Source of the DNA: Harriotta raleighana
Lineage: Eukaryota
NCBI GenBank assembly: GCA_050575255.1
Contig: JBNZDD010013673.1
Span: 3,786,942 to 3,850,941, forward strand
Length of the DNA stretch: 64,000 bases
Direction of reading: 5' to 3'
Each line of letters begins with the position of its first letter. Position 1 is the first letter of the stretch. The notes under the pieces are model-generated. The model was not told the origin of the DNA and made no database searches. It worked only from the letters and a program-made list of their open reading frames with translations. A program made the translations under genes and the position numbers. Shown in pieces: positions 10,076-23,635 of the stretch.

Positions 10076-11769
10076 ATCATATGAAACATTTACCCAAACT
10101 GATTTCATGAGGTACTTGTAAATTATCTGAGCAGCGCCACTCAGTGGTTCATTTATTTTCACAATCTGACCCTCTAGTACAGTACATAACCTCCACGTAC
10201 TGTGAGCCCACTTTGTCAGGCCTTAGGATAAGATATGTCGTGCTGTGTAATCAATTTTTATTGAAATGATAAACATTTGAAGATAATAATTATCGCTCAC
10301 TCACTCATAAACCTGTCTATTTATAGGATGGAGGCACGGCTAGTGAACTAAAGACAAGATATGCACTTCAGTGTTTGCTAAATTACTGCTGGTGAAGTCT
10401 TTTGCAGGACAGAATCTAAGAAACAGATCTGCTTTGTACACAGTACTGCCAGCTGATTTGATGCATGTAATGCAACTTTCTGTTTATTTATTGAAGAAAA
10501 TAATTGTCTGGTATTCAGTACCACACCTAAGGAAAGATATGACCTTCGAGAGGTTACACAGCATAAATTTCACTCCCTCTTGATTCCAACCCTTGGCTTG
10601 GGTGCAAACTCTTCACTGTCCAGCACATCTTCCCAATGTGAAAGGTGCTCTATAAATGCAAGTTGTCGTTGTATCAAGAAATTTTGGTGAAAAGGTGGGT
10701 AAATGGTTTTGATCAGCCATGATCGAATAGAACGGTGGAACAGACTTGAGGGGCTGAATGGCTCACTCCTATTTATTGCGTTCCCAATGCTTTCCAATGT
10801 TTTTAAATGTAGAACAGAAGGACTTTACTTGCGTCAACATATCGCAAAAATGCTATAACTGTGACTGATGTGTCTTGTTGACTCAAAGGTTTTTCCGTTC
10901 ACGGCTTCCAAACCGTGACAATCTCCCTTTCCAATCCAAAGCACAAATTCCTTGGCCGGTCCCCGCCTATTTGTAACATGTACACCCAACAAGCACATCA
11001 TAAACATGGGTGGGATACAGTACTGTATGTAATACAAACTCACAAAAGATAGGCTAATGGGTGGATGATCCTGTGGTGCAAGTCCTGACATCCTGTTGTA
11101 ATGATACAGAACTGGGAGGAAATATTCCTTTCAACTCAGCAAAAGTATGTGATTTAGGACTGGGCATTGCTGGGTTGAGAGTAATAACTCGTGAAAGNAA
11201 CTCAGCAAAAGTATGTGATTTAGGACTGGGCATTGCTGGGTTGAGAGTGTAATAACTCGTGAAAGTGATGACACTGATGCTCATCCCATCATGTCACAGT
11301 ATTGAGCTAGTTTTCTTGGGAACCGTTTGTTCTAAGCAGTTTTGTTTTGAAGCATTACACCCTAATAACACCCTGTCAAAGGCAGCTTCTCTCTTTAAAG
11401 CTCCGCTTGAGTTTGTGTTGTCTTCATGAAAACTTGCCCACTTGATAAAATAAATAATAAATAATCCTTGCATTTGATTTAGCGCTTTTCACATCTTCTC
11501 AACGTCTCAAAGCGCTTCACAGAATATACTGTAAGGTGAATTGACTGTAGATTGAGAAATGCGACAGCCAATTAATGACATTCAGTGGAAAATCCCAGCG
11601 CCTTTAGACTAGCTTACTGATAATAATTACCGGTGTCATTTGTAAGATGTGAGTTTGAACTCCGCAGGGCTCTAAATGTTAATGTAGAGCTACTTATTGT
11701 CAGTCAGTCCAGTGACCATAGGTAACTTGAGAATCTGGAACTGGATGTTTTATTTCCCAGTCCATGAGG

Positions 11770-11890
11770 AATACTTCAGATGAGACGTTTAAACTGAGAT
11801 CCCGTCTGCCTGCTCAGATTGATGGTACAGATCCCGTGGTACTATTCGAAAAGAAAAGGCAGTTTCTTCTGGTTCCTGACCAACAATCTG
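11770..11890 (+). mobile_element. Deu-domain SINE fragment
   Basis: cagatgagacgtttaaactgagatcccgtctgcc...gatcccgtggtactattcgaa, recognisable as the Deu domain of AmnSINE/SacSINE-type elements. Confidence 0.7.
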
Positions 11891-13112
11891 GCTTACGTTC
11901 TTTGGTGGAGTAAGCGTAGCTAAATTGCCTTTGCAGTATTTAAACTACAAAGTTGTGAATCGCACAGCTTCTAAAATCTCCTGATTCAACTCAGCAGTTT
12001 GAGTCTCAATACAGTGCCATTTGCTGACATGCATTTCGCCCACAAAAAGTATATATAGGGTCAATTTATTAACTTTAATACAACAACAGCAACAAAATTA
12101 CAGTAAACATGAAGCGCTTTGAGATGTCTCAAAGACATAATAAATGCAAGGATTATTATTATAACCACGCCAGCCTTAGATTTAGCTTCTGAATCCCACA
12201 ATTGGCTTTGCAATTGTGATTTTTGTGCAGCATGTGAATGAGACCAGAAACTACCAAGAAAGTCATGCAGAGAGCGTGCCAGTTATATTCAGGATGACAA
12301 GTGAGGCGAAACCTTCCCAGTTGTCTGTAAGAAAACTGAGCACTCTCAAGTGAATCAGCCTGAAACTTGACATCGCTTGGGTTGTGTGTGATCTCTTGTG
12401 ACAAATTATTTCAGGACTACTTTGCACCAGCGCTGTCCACTAAAATAAAGATTACTGAACACTTTTCCCATGGAGATGGTGCCCCTTTAAAATGACTAGC
12501 CTCGGGAACTTTTGCAAGAACTTTAAGAGCTCGGCTATCTATCAATAGAAGCACATTGGCATCTTACACTGACTGAGCAGTGCTATTCTCTGGATAATTG
12601 TTCACATTGGCAGTAACAGTTTTAGTGTCCTGGCTCCTCTCCAGCTTCCTCCTTGTGGGACTAATGCAATTGCACAGTCCTTCTCAGCTCCCTCCAGAGA
12701 CTGGTACAGTATACAATGAAAGATTAAGTCTTGAATAGTGTGTGCTAATGAAAGTAAATGTACATGGGAGCTGCATCTTCATGTGTGTTTGTAGAACTTG
12801 CCAGGGCATGATTCCCACCCTATGTCGTTTGCACACTGTTACGCAGCCTGTTCAACTTGTACATTGGAATATTTCACTCCAGAATTTTCTTGTAACTGAA
12901 ATAAATGAAGGGATGATAATCCCTTCAAAATATAATAATTTGGTCACTCGATCTACAATTGTTTATGGGACACTGATGAGTGCAATTCTCTGCCACATTT
13001 TGTCCACAAAATATATAGTCATTACTCTTTATGGTATATTCTATGAAACGCTTTGCTCAACAATGTGGTAAGGTGCTTCATCAATGGAAGTATTAGTATT
13101 ATATTCAAGATT

Positions 13113-13510
13113 CTGGTTCTCACATTTAAAGCCCTCCACAATCTCGCCCCACCCTACATCCATGATCTCCTATCCCCTTACCAAGCTGCCCGCCCACTCC
13201 GCTCAGCAGGCTCTGGCCTGCTCCACGTACCCGACCCACCCGCCCCACCATTGGCGGGCAAGCCTTTAGCCACTCTGTCCCCAACCTCTGAAACTACATC
13301 CCACAGTCCCTCCACCTCACCCCTTCCCTGGCCTCCTTCAAGTCTTGCCTCAAGACTCTCCTCTTCGATGGACCCATCGGCAACTCCTAATCCCCTCCTT
13401 CCCTCCCCATCCCCAGCTCGCGTCTGAAGCATTGTCTGTCCAGCGCCTTGGGATGTCCTCCTGACATGAAAGGCACTAAAAAAGTGTGATTTTGTTGTTG
13501 TTGTTATTAT
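13113..13510 (+). mobile_element. L2 LINE 3' fragment with (TTG)n tail
   Basis: FKILVLTFKALHNLAPPYIHDLLSPY..ARPLRS; tail ccagcgccttgggatgtcctcctgacatgaaaggc...ttgttgttg. Confidence 0.85.
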
Positions 13511-15099
13511 TTTATATTATTATATTATGAGCACTTTGGTTTCCACAATCTTTTTGGCGAATGAAAAGATATTTCAGAAATTCACCAATAAAGCTATTTC
13601 TTGATGGTGATACCTGTATTGAGCATGGGGTGCAATTTATACATGTTGCTACTGTGCATGTTTTGGTGTACAGTTTGGTAATAGTCAAATTCAGTATTAA
13701 TTGTGAAGAAAGGAGGTAGTTGGGTACTTAATGAATATTGATTTGCAAGCTGGCTTACCTTGATCTATTACATTGATCTGTAGGAAGTCACTTGGTCAAT
13801 TAATTGTGTGTTCCATGGAACCACAGAAATTTACAGTACTGAAGTAGGTCATTTGGCCCATAATTTATGTCTGTAAAAGAGCAATCCTTTTAATCCCATT
13901 TACCTGCCTTTCTCCCTCTGTCATTTATGCCTTTTTAAATATCAAGTTACATTTTTGAAAGCTAGTATTTTATTTGTATTCTTTCTCTTTAACATCTCCC
14001 CTTACCAAGCATCAGCCCTGGTTGAGAGTTCTATACTTGGGGAAATCCTTTAACCTCTGCTCAGCAATGTCCACAAATAACATGCCAGAGATTAGTCGTA
14101 AAGTTAACAATAATTAATTGTTGCATTTGATATAGTTCCTTTGACTTTGGGAGGACAAAACAGTGCTCTGCTGTGCAATATTTTCAACAAAAAAATCTAC
14201 AGTTGATTACCATTTCTGTGATTGTTCTTTTTCTGCTGGGCGTAACGTGTACAGCAATGCATTGTGCTTCCTGGCGTCAATTTAGTCTATTTATTTTGAT
14301 TGTTATCCCTGAGTCCCTACATTTTCTTCTCTTCCTATGTTAACGTTCCCAACACTCACTTTCCCCCGTCTCATCAGCATGTCTGAATCAAAAACTGACC
14401 AATTGGAGAAAGGAATGGAATGGATTCCTGGGTGCATCTGGTCAGACCCAGTGCGCTCAGGAACATTCAGCACTATGACCTCTATTCAAAGCCTTCACGT
14501 ACAGTCTAGCTTCGCTCTGGGACTCATCCTAGGGGGAATCACAGGGGAGAGGAATGTCCCAGTACAGAAGAGGCCTATTGTGTACATCGGCATTCTTAAC
14601 CCATTGCATCTGTGAACTGCCCTATATATTTCACGCATGTAAATTTTGAAACCTCTAATTGACATTTGCATTCAAAGCAGCAATACTGTAGCAACCTGAA
14701 CTAAGTGAGAGTGCTGGGCTTCTCTGCGAGCGGTGCCCAGACGCTAGAGTAAGCTTTCCGCCACAAAGGACTATTGTTGCCAAATTGGAAAATTATCCCA
14801 ATGAATAATAGAGAAACAGAAGAAGTACTGGCTCGATCTCTCGGGTTTCATAATAAAATGGGTAAGATTACAGATCCTCCCTTTGAGGTAGACAAGTTAA
14901 ACGTTCTGCACTGTAGTTTGATTGGACCACTCTTATCAAGTAATGGTATCTGTCAAATTCCGTCTGTATCAAATGTGGTAGTGCAAAGAATCATTGCTCC
15001 GGTTTACATTTTCCCAGATTCCATTAAAAAACACATGTGATAATGCAAGATAAAAAAAAGAATCCTTCGGATTTTTCTTGGCCCTATATATATTATATT

Positions 15100-15412
15100 A
15101 GGGCTTCAAGGCCTACATTGGGACTTTGAGCATAGTCTAGGCTGGTGTACCAGTGAAGTTCTGGGGGAGCGCTGTATTGTCACAATTGCCTTCTTTCAGA
15201 TGAGATGTTAAACCGAGGTCCTGTCTGCCAGTCTAGGTGGATGACGAGCATCCCAATATGAAAAGAAAAGGGAGTTTCTCCTCTCCCAGTGTCCTGGCCG
15301 AAAAATTCCCCAGATAAAATTAGTCTGTGAGAGACAAATTGTGTGTGCAAATTGGTTACCTTAAGTCCTCGAAGACACTAACCCATGTGAAAGGTGCTAT
15401 ATAAATGCCAGT
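15100..15412 (+). mobile_element. Deu-domain SINE
   Basis: tttcagatgagatgttaaaccgaggtcctgtctgcc...gggagtttctcc...gtcctggcc. Confidence 0.75.
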
Positions 15413-15426
15413 TGATACCAATAATT

Positions 15427-15660
15427 GAGTCCTGTAGTATATTGGTTAGAGGACTTGCCTCACAAGTGAGAGGAACCGGATTAAATTCCCAGCCAGGGTG
15501 AAACCTTAGGCAACATTCCTTACTCCACACACCTCTGTTTACCTAGCAGTAAGTAAGAATCCAGTTGTTAGTCAATTGGTGGTTTGCTTTCCAGGAGTAA
15601 TAATCCCTTGAACGTTTTTTTTTTTAATTAATCACTCAATGTACAAATGTTTATTTTACA
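15427..15660 (+). mobile_element. tRNA-SINE long form (head plus central module, 3' truncated)
   Basis: Head gagtcctgtagt..ggttagagg, central cacctctgtttacctagcagtaagtaag. Confidence 0.75.
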
Positions 15661-15773
15661 GTAGTTCTATTTGCAGTTTGCCTCTGGAATTTACAGATTG
15701 CGGATATCCTTCCCCCTCCCTGCCATCCACCCACTACCTGCCTCCTGCTACCCACCCTCGTACAAAACATATA

Positions 15774-16113
15774 CAGTAAAACCTTGTTTATCCGTGACCC
15801 GATCAACTGGATTGCTCAACCCCCTCCCGGGGGAATTCCCCATGCCAGCAATCTCAAGTTTGCTCACTTTGCGCATGCGTGCGTATGCGCACTTATTAGA
15901 GTTCCGAACTTGCTTTTTTACTGATCTTTTTACCGAGTGTGTTGAACATGGTATGTTTTAAAATAAATTAATTTTTTGTGTTGGGTTTCCGGTAACTTGT
16001 TCCCCGTTTATCCGACACAGTCAATTAGTTAACCCCTTCTCCCCCCACAGCCCCCCACCCCCCACCCCCCCCCCCCCACCACCCCCCCGTGCCGGATAAA
16101 CAGGGTTTTACTG
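15774..16113. mobile_element. 340-bp Tc1/mariner-superfamily (Tigger/pogo-like) MITE
   Basis: 21-bp terminal inverted repeats CAGTAAAACCTTGTTTATCCG (15774-15794) and CGGATAAACAGGGTTTTACTG (16093-16113) with one mismatch; TA on both sides. Confidence 0.9.
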
Positions 16114-18119
16114 TATTCTCATGTTGGACAGTGTGTAATAAGACAGTGACCACTTTTTGAAGAGCTTGGAAGCAAGATGTGCTCTTCGCTCAAACCTCAG
16201 AGTAGCCATTCCCAGCTAAAGTGATGCCTTACCAGGTTTAAACCAACACAAAAGGAAGCTGTGTTGATGACTACTGTCTGAACCCTCTCTGTGAGCAATA
16301 TCACTAATAAACTTGGAACGTGAGTTCTTGCAGTTGATTTATCGCCATATCGTATCGTGAAAACTTCTATGTGCTACCTCGGATTTTGCTGTGGAGTGTA
16401 GACACTGTATTTTGTTGGCGATTGTCATATCCCTGATTTGGAACCGAGTGTGTGTTTCTGTTATAAAACTGGATTAAGATTAGAATTGAATGTAAAATGG
16501 CTTCTACATAGACAGCCTGGAATCTTTGTAAAAACCCACACAAAGCTGATTTTTTTTCTTCCTTAGCTACGTCATTTCTTGGACATCAGCATACGGCTCA
16601 GATAACTGGGCGCCACTCCCTGTGATCAGTCAACTGACTCAGCCCTCCTCTGATATCCTAGTCGATGAACTCTACAACACAATTGGGACTGACAAAGATA
16701 GGACCTGCACAAAGCTGTTGAAAATTCTCCACCCAAGTCTACGCCAAGCTGCCCCCTTCACCCAACCTATTCTGGTGAGCTCAGTTATATTGTTTGAGAG
16801 GCTGGTGCTAGTTTGCTTTGAGGGGATCTTGAAGTGTTTCTTTGTGGAGAGATGAGGTCATTGTGAAGTGCCATCCACCTTTGTATCTTCAGGTTTCTGT
16901 TTCCCCCTCCTCTCTCTCTCTCACTGTGTTACAGGTACAATGCATTGAGACTTTAGCATTAATCCTGCCCTTTGTTACCATAGCAGGGAAACTGAACAGC
17001 ATTTGCATTGTCTTTCTTTGATCCATATCTGACTGACTATAACAATCTCTGCACGTAGCACCATGTATCCCACTGACCCTATTCAGGGCAGATTCACCAG
17101 CCACCGGACCATTCACGTCACTGCAGTTCGGGGAAGTTGTTATATGCAAATCGGATGCCGCGTTTGCCCACAAAATACGCAGTCGCCGCACTTCACAGTA
17201 AATCCTGTGAAGCGCTTTGAGATGCCTTGCCGATGTGGTGAGATTCAATATCAAATGCAGGGATTGTTCAATGTGGCTTGTGTATTTCTCCATCCCAAAA
17301 TTGTTTGTGCATTGAATGTGGGGCCATCTTGGTATTCAATAGTCTTTGGAGAGGTTGAGAGTTGGAAAGCATTGAGGACACACCATCAGATCATTTCATC
17401 TTCTATAATTCACACAAACTGTACGGGCACAGTCCATTGAATCCTTGGTTGCCAAATTGCTCCTCAGTTGAGCATGTCCTGTGCTTTTGCCCTCTCTCTC
17501 CGTTAACATCCACTGGAAGGGAAGGGACACTAATAATTTATCCCTTGAGAGATCCAATGTGCATCCGTGTACAGTGTGTGAAAGTTGTGTTACAACTTTG
17601 CCATCTTTTGTTTCTGTTTGGACAGTAGCTGTTGCACCAATATTATTTATTTCCCATTGAACAGTTGCCTTTGCTCTCAGCTAGGATAAGGAGTTGGCTT
17701 TATTCAAGGACTTAGTTGCCCTTGGATAAGGCCAACTCTGCAAGGTCCATATAGGCTTTCAACATTTTGACATGGAAGGCTAGATGTTGAAGGCACTGAG
17801 ACAGAGTCTTAGCTGACTTATTTACCTTATCCAGTTTGTCCACTGCAGTTATAAGGACCTTCCCCACAGAATCTAATCTATCTGTAGTTCTTCCATCCAC
17901 AAAATATACAGTCAATTCACTTTCCAGTATATTCTGTGACGTGCTTTGAGACGTCTCGAAGATGCGATGAGGAGCGATATCAAATGTTAGGATTATTATT
18001 ATCTGGCTGGAACAAAGTTTCTGGTATTTTTGCGCCTCCTTTTCACACAGTTCAATATTTCACTTCTGATACACAAGGTTATGGGATCAATCACCATGTT
18101 AATTCTTTGAATTGTATTC

Positions 18120-18345
18120 CACGCTGACACTCCAGTGCAAAGCTGGGAAATACTGCATTGTTGGGAGACCCCATCCTTCGGGTACGATGTTAAACTAAGG
18201 TAATGTCTGTCTGTTTAGGTGGATGTTGTAGATCCCATGGCACTACTCAAACAGTAGAAATTTTCTATTCGTGTGTATGGTCAACATGATTCAAATCCTG
18301 GTTGTTGTGGGACATTGCTGTGAGTAAAGTGACTGCCTAAAAATA
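18120..18345 (+). mobile_element. Deu-domain SINE fragment
   Basis: gctgacactccagtgca...ccttcgggtacgatgttaaactaagg...gatcccatggcactac. Confidence 0.7.
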
Positions 18346-19578
18346 CACAGACCCTGCAATATCAAGCGACCGACTCACACTATTCTAATGCCGCCTAATC
18401 ACTTACTGTGGTGTCATTACATGCTGACATTGATCCTTGCACATTGTGTAAAGGGAGGAGGTTCGCAGAAAGACCCCACCACCTCAAATGTTCTGGTTCT
18501 TAAATTAGTATGAATTATTATCATATATATTATGGTTATTTCCTATTTCCTTTCTTCAGTATCTACTTTCTAGTACCGTACCTTGTGTTACCATTGCTTT
18601 ATTTTTTATCATCCACACGCTGAAGAATTCTGTGTATAGTATGGAACTGAATTTTTATATTGCTGTTCACATTGCTTTCCCATCCACAAAGGTGCCAATG
18701 ACATCGCCTTTCATTTATGGAGTTTGAATTTTAATCTCTCACTTAGTCATCATCTGTTTTATCTTGGTGGTGGCTCCTACAAAGGATTAAAGGCTGACCT
18801 TCAGTACTGGTGGATACAGAAAGGAGCCTTGTCATTCCTTGAGTAAGTAAACCATACTTTTTAATTCCAATTTATCCCCAGTAGATATTAGCTCAATGTA
18901 TTCAATGCGTGCTCAGGATAAAAATGTTTGTTCATCCAATTCTTTATGGCCTCAATTGGAATGGCCACCAAATTCACATCAAAGAAAGATTTATCATCTT
19001 ACCTTTGCACTGCCCACATGCAGAGACACATAGACGGCAGTCGCACATAATAAAAAAAAAATCAGCAAACCTAAGTCAGTTTCATTGAAAAAGAAATGTT
19101 TCTTGCAATGAAACTTGTACTAACCTGGAAAGCTACTCTGTATTTCTGCAAGGCTGACTAATTTACTCTGGGATTGTTGATTCCCTCCTACCTTTGCTTA
19201 TATATAAATGATGATGCATTGTGTACTGTATTGTTAAATCCGAGCTCAGTAGGCAAATCCTGGACTATGAAGTTCTTGCACTATCTTGCTCAGTGAATCA
19301 TTAACCTATCTTACTGCTGAATGAAACTGGGATTTCGTCCCACTGCCACGATTGGATTCTCTGCGATATATATATATATATATATATATATTTTTGTTTG
19401 CCCTCTTTACTTTGAGAGCCATGGAATGGAATGCAGTTGTAAGTACAGCAAACATTTTATTAAGTGACTTGAGTCTCCTTGGGATAAGCCCACTTTAATT
19501 CTGCCTATTTAGGGTGTTTTGGGATGATGTACTGCACCTGGTTTGTCTGGACTATTTTTCTTTCGAAAAGCATGACAG

Positions 19579-19767
19579 CTTCGAGCAGTACCAGTGTCTA
19601 TAAGTCCTTTATCAGAGTTCCCAGTTCAGGATTAAACTCGATTGGGTTTGTGGGTGTCTTTCTCAATCAGAATCTTCGAGCAGTACCAGTGTCTATAAGT
19701 CCTTTATCAGAGTTCCCAGTTCAGGATTAAACTCGATTGGGTTTGTGGGTGTCTTTCTCAATCAGAA
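19579..19767. repeat. Perfect tandem duplication of 94 bp with a 1-nt spacer
   Basis: 19579-19672 is identical to 19674-19767; no N at the junction. Confidence 0.9.
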
Positions 19768-21539
19768 CGCAAAGTCATGAATGACTTACTTTCTAGTACC
19801 GTACCTTACTGGATTGTTTTACCCTCCTATAAATGTGAATTTAGTAAATTTTTTCAGTGGTGTGACGATAAGTCTCCCTGGCTTTTCGCCTATGTGAAGC
19901 TCTTGCTATATGACAGTCTCTGGCTAGCACTTGCCTCTGTGTAGATGATATATGATGCTTTGTGTAGTTCGTTACTTGGTCTGTCTCTGGCTGTGGGTAG
20001 CAGTGGCTCACTCTTCCCAGTGACATATCTGATGCATGTGATGCTGCACGGATTGGAATACACTAACAAGGTGTGAATTGAATTGAAACTGAACTATGTA
20101 GACTTGATCACAATCATAGCATTTGAAACATTTCTGGTGGGTCAGCCGGGTGTCTGACACATGCGGAAATCCATCATCATGCCTATACCTGGAATTTCCA
20201 GAGATATTGGTCAGGATGGAATACACAATCTCTACCCGGAAATTATTAGGTGCAGGTTGGCAAAAACACAAGGCTTGGGGCCTCCAGAGTGTGTGTTGGT
20301 ATGCTGCGAGAGTCTAACCAGCTAAAACATCACCATTTGCCACTGTCAGTGAGTAGTACTTTTACGAATGATGCAACAAGTTGTAATAATTCAACAGTCA
20401 TTTGTTTTATATTCTACATTATTCTCTGTACACACTGTTTCTATTTGCCTCAGATATCAGTATCAAACTGTTTATTATGTATGTGCAGGGCTAAGTACAT
20501 ACGAACAGACAAAATTATACATTGGGAAAATGCATAAAATGCACAATTTATTGCACAACCTAAAATATCTACAGTTCCAGCAATTCTGGATTCACTAAGA
20601 ACCATTTGTAAAAACCAAAAAAATTATCTTTAAGCGCTTTGAGTTGCCTCCTGATGTGAAAGATACCATACAAATGTAAATTGTGTTCTATCCTTATAAA
20701 TGTCAATCGAATTCCTAACCAGATATTAATTGAATGTAAAAGAAATGAATAGGGGTACATACATAGTATAGTTGAGAGTCATCAAGTCTGCATCCCGCTG
20801 TTCCTGACTGAGCTCTCTATTTTTACACCTGATTAGTTAGGCTGGTTTCATTATTGTACACACCTTTCTTTNGCTGTTCCTGACTGAGCTCTCTATTTTT
20901 ACACCTGATTAGTTAGGCTGGTTTCATTACTGTACACACCTTTCTTTACCTAACGGTAAGTAGGAACCTGGTAGTTAATCATTTGATGAAGTTTTCATTA
21001 TTATTAGAAGGTATTATTTCCAAGGGTTAAAAAATACATAAATAAATGTGGTTACCCAATCCACGACTGTTTGTGGGACACTTATTAATTGGCTGCTGCG
21101 TTTCCCCCACAAAATACAGTCGATCCACTTTTACTATATTCTGTGAATAGGTCTCGATGATGTGATAAGGCACTGTATCAACTTAAATGATTGTTATTAT
21201 TATTAAAGCCCATAAAAATGGGTAGAGAAAAGATTGTTAGAAATTGAATGAAAACTAGGAAGGACAGTTTGTCTACAACAAGTCTACCTGCAAGAGAAGG
21301 GTCAATATTTCAGTTTATTTAAATATTAGACAAGAGTCATCTATTTTGTCTAATATTGAATAGAGTAATCTATCATTTTTATATCTATATACTATGTTGA
21401 TTGACACAGCACACATACTTGTCCTTGAAAGGTTTGATTTTCCCTTGGGCATCTTTAGAATGATAATAAAAATACATCAGTTAGAATAACTGGGCGGTCC
21501 TCCCTCCCGATGTGAACGGTATTTTAAAAATGGTGAATA

Positions 21540-21680
21540 GTTATTTGGGGAGGATGGATTTGCGAGGTTATGGGGAGAGAGCTGGAGAGTCAGATTGCCT
21601 TTGAATAGCTTGTTGCAAAGAGCCAGCACAGACTGGATGGACCGAATGGCTTCCTTTCGTGCTGTAAAATTCTATGGAAA
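21540..21680 (+). mobile_element. CR1-type LINE 3' end
   Basis: ggttatggggagagagctgg...gagccagcacagactggatggaccgaatggcttcc...gctgtaaaattctatg. Confidence 0.7.
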
Positions 21681-22639
21681 ATGAAATTTTGTTGTTGCTG
21701 CCAGGGCTTAGCATTATCTGTGTTCTTTATTTTGTTTCCGCCACCGCTTGGCTAAGTGTGTATTCTGTGATGCAGGATACCACAGCTCCACAATCAGCCG
21801 TTAGGTGTAATAAAAGTGCAGTACATTTTAGGTCCTAACCCATCAACAAGACAAGATCCCACAAACATATATGCCCTTGTCATTCAGCTTTTGATATCAT
21901 TCTGAATGGACAGACATTCATTGTCATTTATTAGTGTGTATATATAGATATAGTTTAATACATAATCTAGTGTTGTTGTATGTAAAGTATGTTATTTTTG
22001 TATTCTATTGTCATGCCTTCTACTTTGCAATAAATGTATCGTTTTATTATATTTTTTGGGGGGAAGACATTTCAGGAGGACAAATTTGCAAGGCTATGGG
22101 GGGAGAGGGGGACGCTGAAGTGCGTAATTGGCTGCGGTGTTTCGCCCAAACATATATACAATCATTTCACTTTACAGTATATTCTGTGAAGCACTTTGAC
22201 ACGTTGCTAAAATGTGAAAAGCTCTATATCAAATGCAAGGATTATTATTATTCTGTGAAGCACTTTGAGACATCTAGCAGACGTGAAAAGTGCTACATCA
22301 GAACGCAAGTATTATTATTATTAATTTGGCTAGAGCTGGCACAATGGGTCGAATGGCCTCCTTCTATCCCATAAGATTCTATGTCTAACTAGAGAAGCAT
22401 AGCTAACTCTAGATGATGCAGTCTGCACTGTGTGTGTCTTGTTAATGGGATGCCTTGCAAAATAAATTACTTTAGGTTTGGTTATAAATTCCATGTTCCC
22501 TTTCTTAAGATATAGTAGATACTGTCATCTGAGCCATACTCGGATGTTCTTTTCTCTACATGTAATGCAGACAGGTCCACAGTTACTTTACAGACTGGTG
22601 ACATTTCATGTGGAATTAGGAGCATCCAGCCGCTGAAAC

Positions 22640-23208
22640 CATCATCCACGCCTTTATGACATCCCGGCTCGACTATGCAAATACCCTGCATGTCAGCCTT
22701 CCCAATTCCTCCCTCCACAGCCTGCAGATGATCCAGAATTCTGTGGCCTGTGTCCTCTACCGTTCCAAACTCCATGACCCCATCCTCGCCCGACTCCATT
22801 GGCACCCCATCACCCAGAGAATCCAATTCAAGATCCTGATCCTCACATTCAAAGCCTTCCACAACCTCGCCCCACCCTTCATCCGTAACCTTCTTACCCC
22901 TTACTAACCTGCCCGCCCCCTCGGCTCAGTGGGTTCTCTCCCCCGACCCATCTGCCCCACCATTTGCCTTTAGCCACTCTGCCCCCAACCTCTGGAAATC
23001 CATTCAGGAGTCCTTCCACCTCTCCCACTCCCTGGCCTCCTTCAAATCCTGCCTTTAAACTCTCCTCTTCGATGGTCCCATCAACAATTCCTAATCCCCC
23101 CACTTCCCTCCCCACCCTGTCCCCAGCTCGGGTCTGATTGTCCAGCACTTTGAGACTTCCTCCTGATGTGAAACTCGCGATACAAGTACTATACAATTTT
23201 GTTGTTGT
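22640..23208 (+). mobile_element. L2 LINE 3' fragment
   Basis: TSRLDYANTL..LQMIQNSVACVL..PILARLHWHPITQRIQFKILILTFKAFHNLAP; (TTG)n tail at about 23200. Confidence 0.9.
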
Positions 23209-23239
23209 AAGGCGAATGCTCTAACCACCCTAGCTACAG

Positions 23240-23635
23240 AATTGCCTGATTGTAGTCCTAACATTCTGGGTTCAATCTTCACGTAGTCTAGGCTGAAACT
23301 CCAATGTTGATGCGGGGGGAGGGCAGAGGGTGGGGCTGCTGACCTTCTGATGAGAAATTAAACTGAGGTCCTGGCTGCATTTCCAATGAACATTAAAGAC
23401 CCTGGAACTTTTACTTGAAAGATTAGTGAGTTTCTCCTGCTACCCCCGGCCACCAATTCCCCGGATAAAATTGGTCTTTCACTCCATGGTTGTGTGTGGA
23501 ACATTGCTGTGTGCAAATTGGTTGCCACATTCGCCTACCAAATTGACAGTTACTACACTTTATAATAAATCATGTGAAGTGCTTTGAGATGTCCTCCTGC
23601 AGTGAAAGGTCTTGTATCAATTGCAAGGATTATAT
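23240..23635 (+). mobile_element. Deu-domain SINE with (TTA)-type tail
   Basis: ctgatgagaaattaaactgaggtcctg...gtgtgcaaattggttgcc...ttgcaaggattat. Confidence 0.7.

Noticed and set aside
11138-11266. Duplication of about 60 bp giving repeated peptides in the ORF track
   Set aside because: N at 11198 at the junction; assembly overlap.
14337-14615. 92-aa ORF upstream of SHROOM1
   Set aside because: No recognisable domain or convincing donor, and the in-frame stop before the SHROOM1 ATG excludes an N-terminal extension.
20797-20947. Duplication of about 75 bp
   Set aside because: N at 20872 at the junction; assembly overlap.
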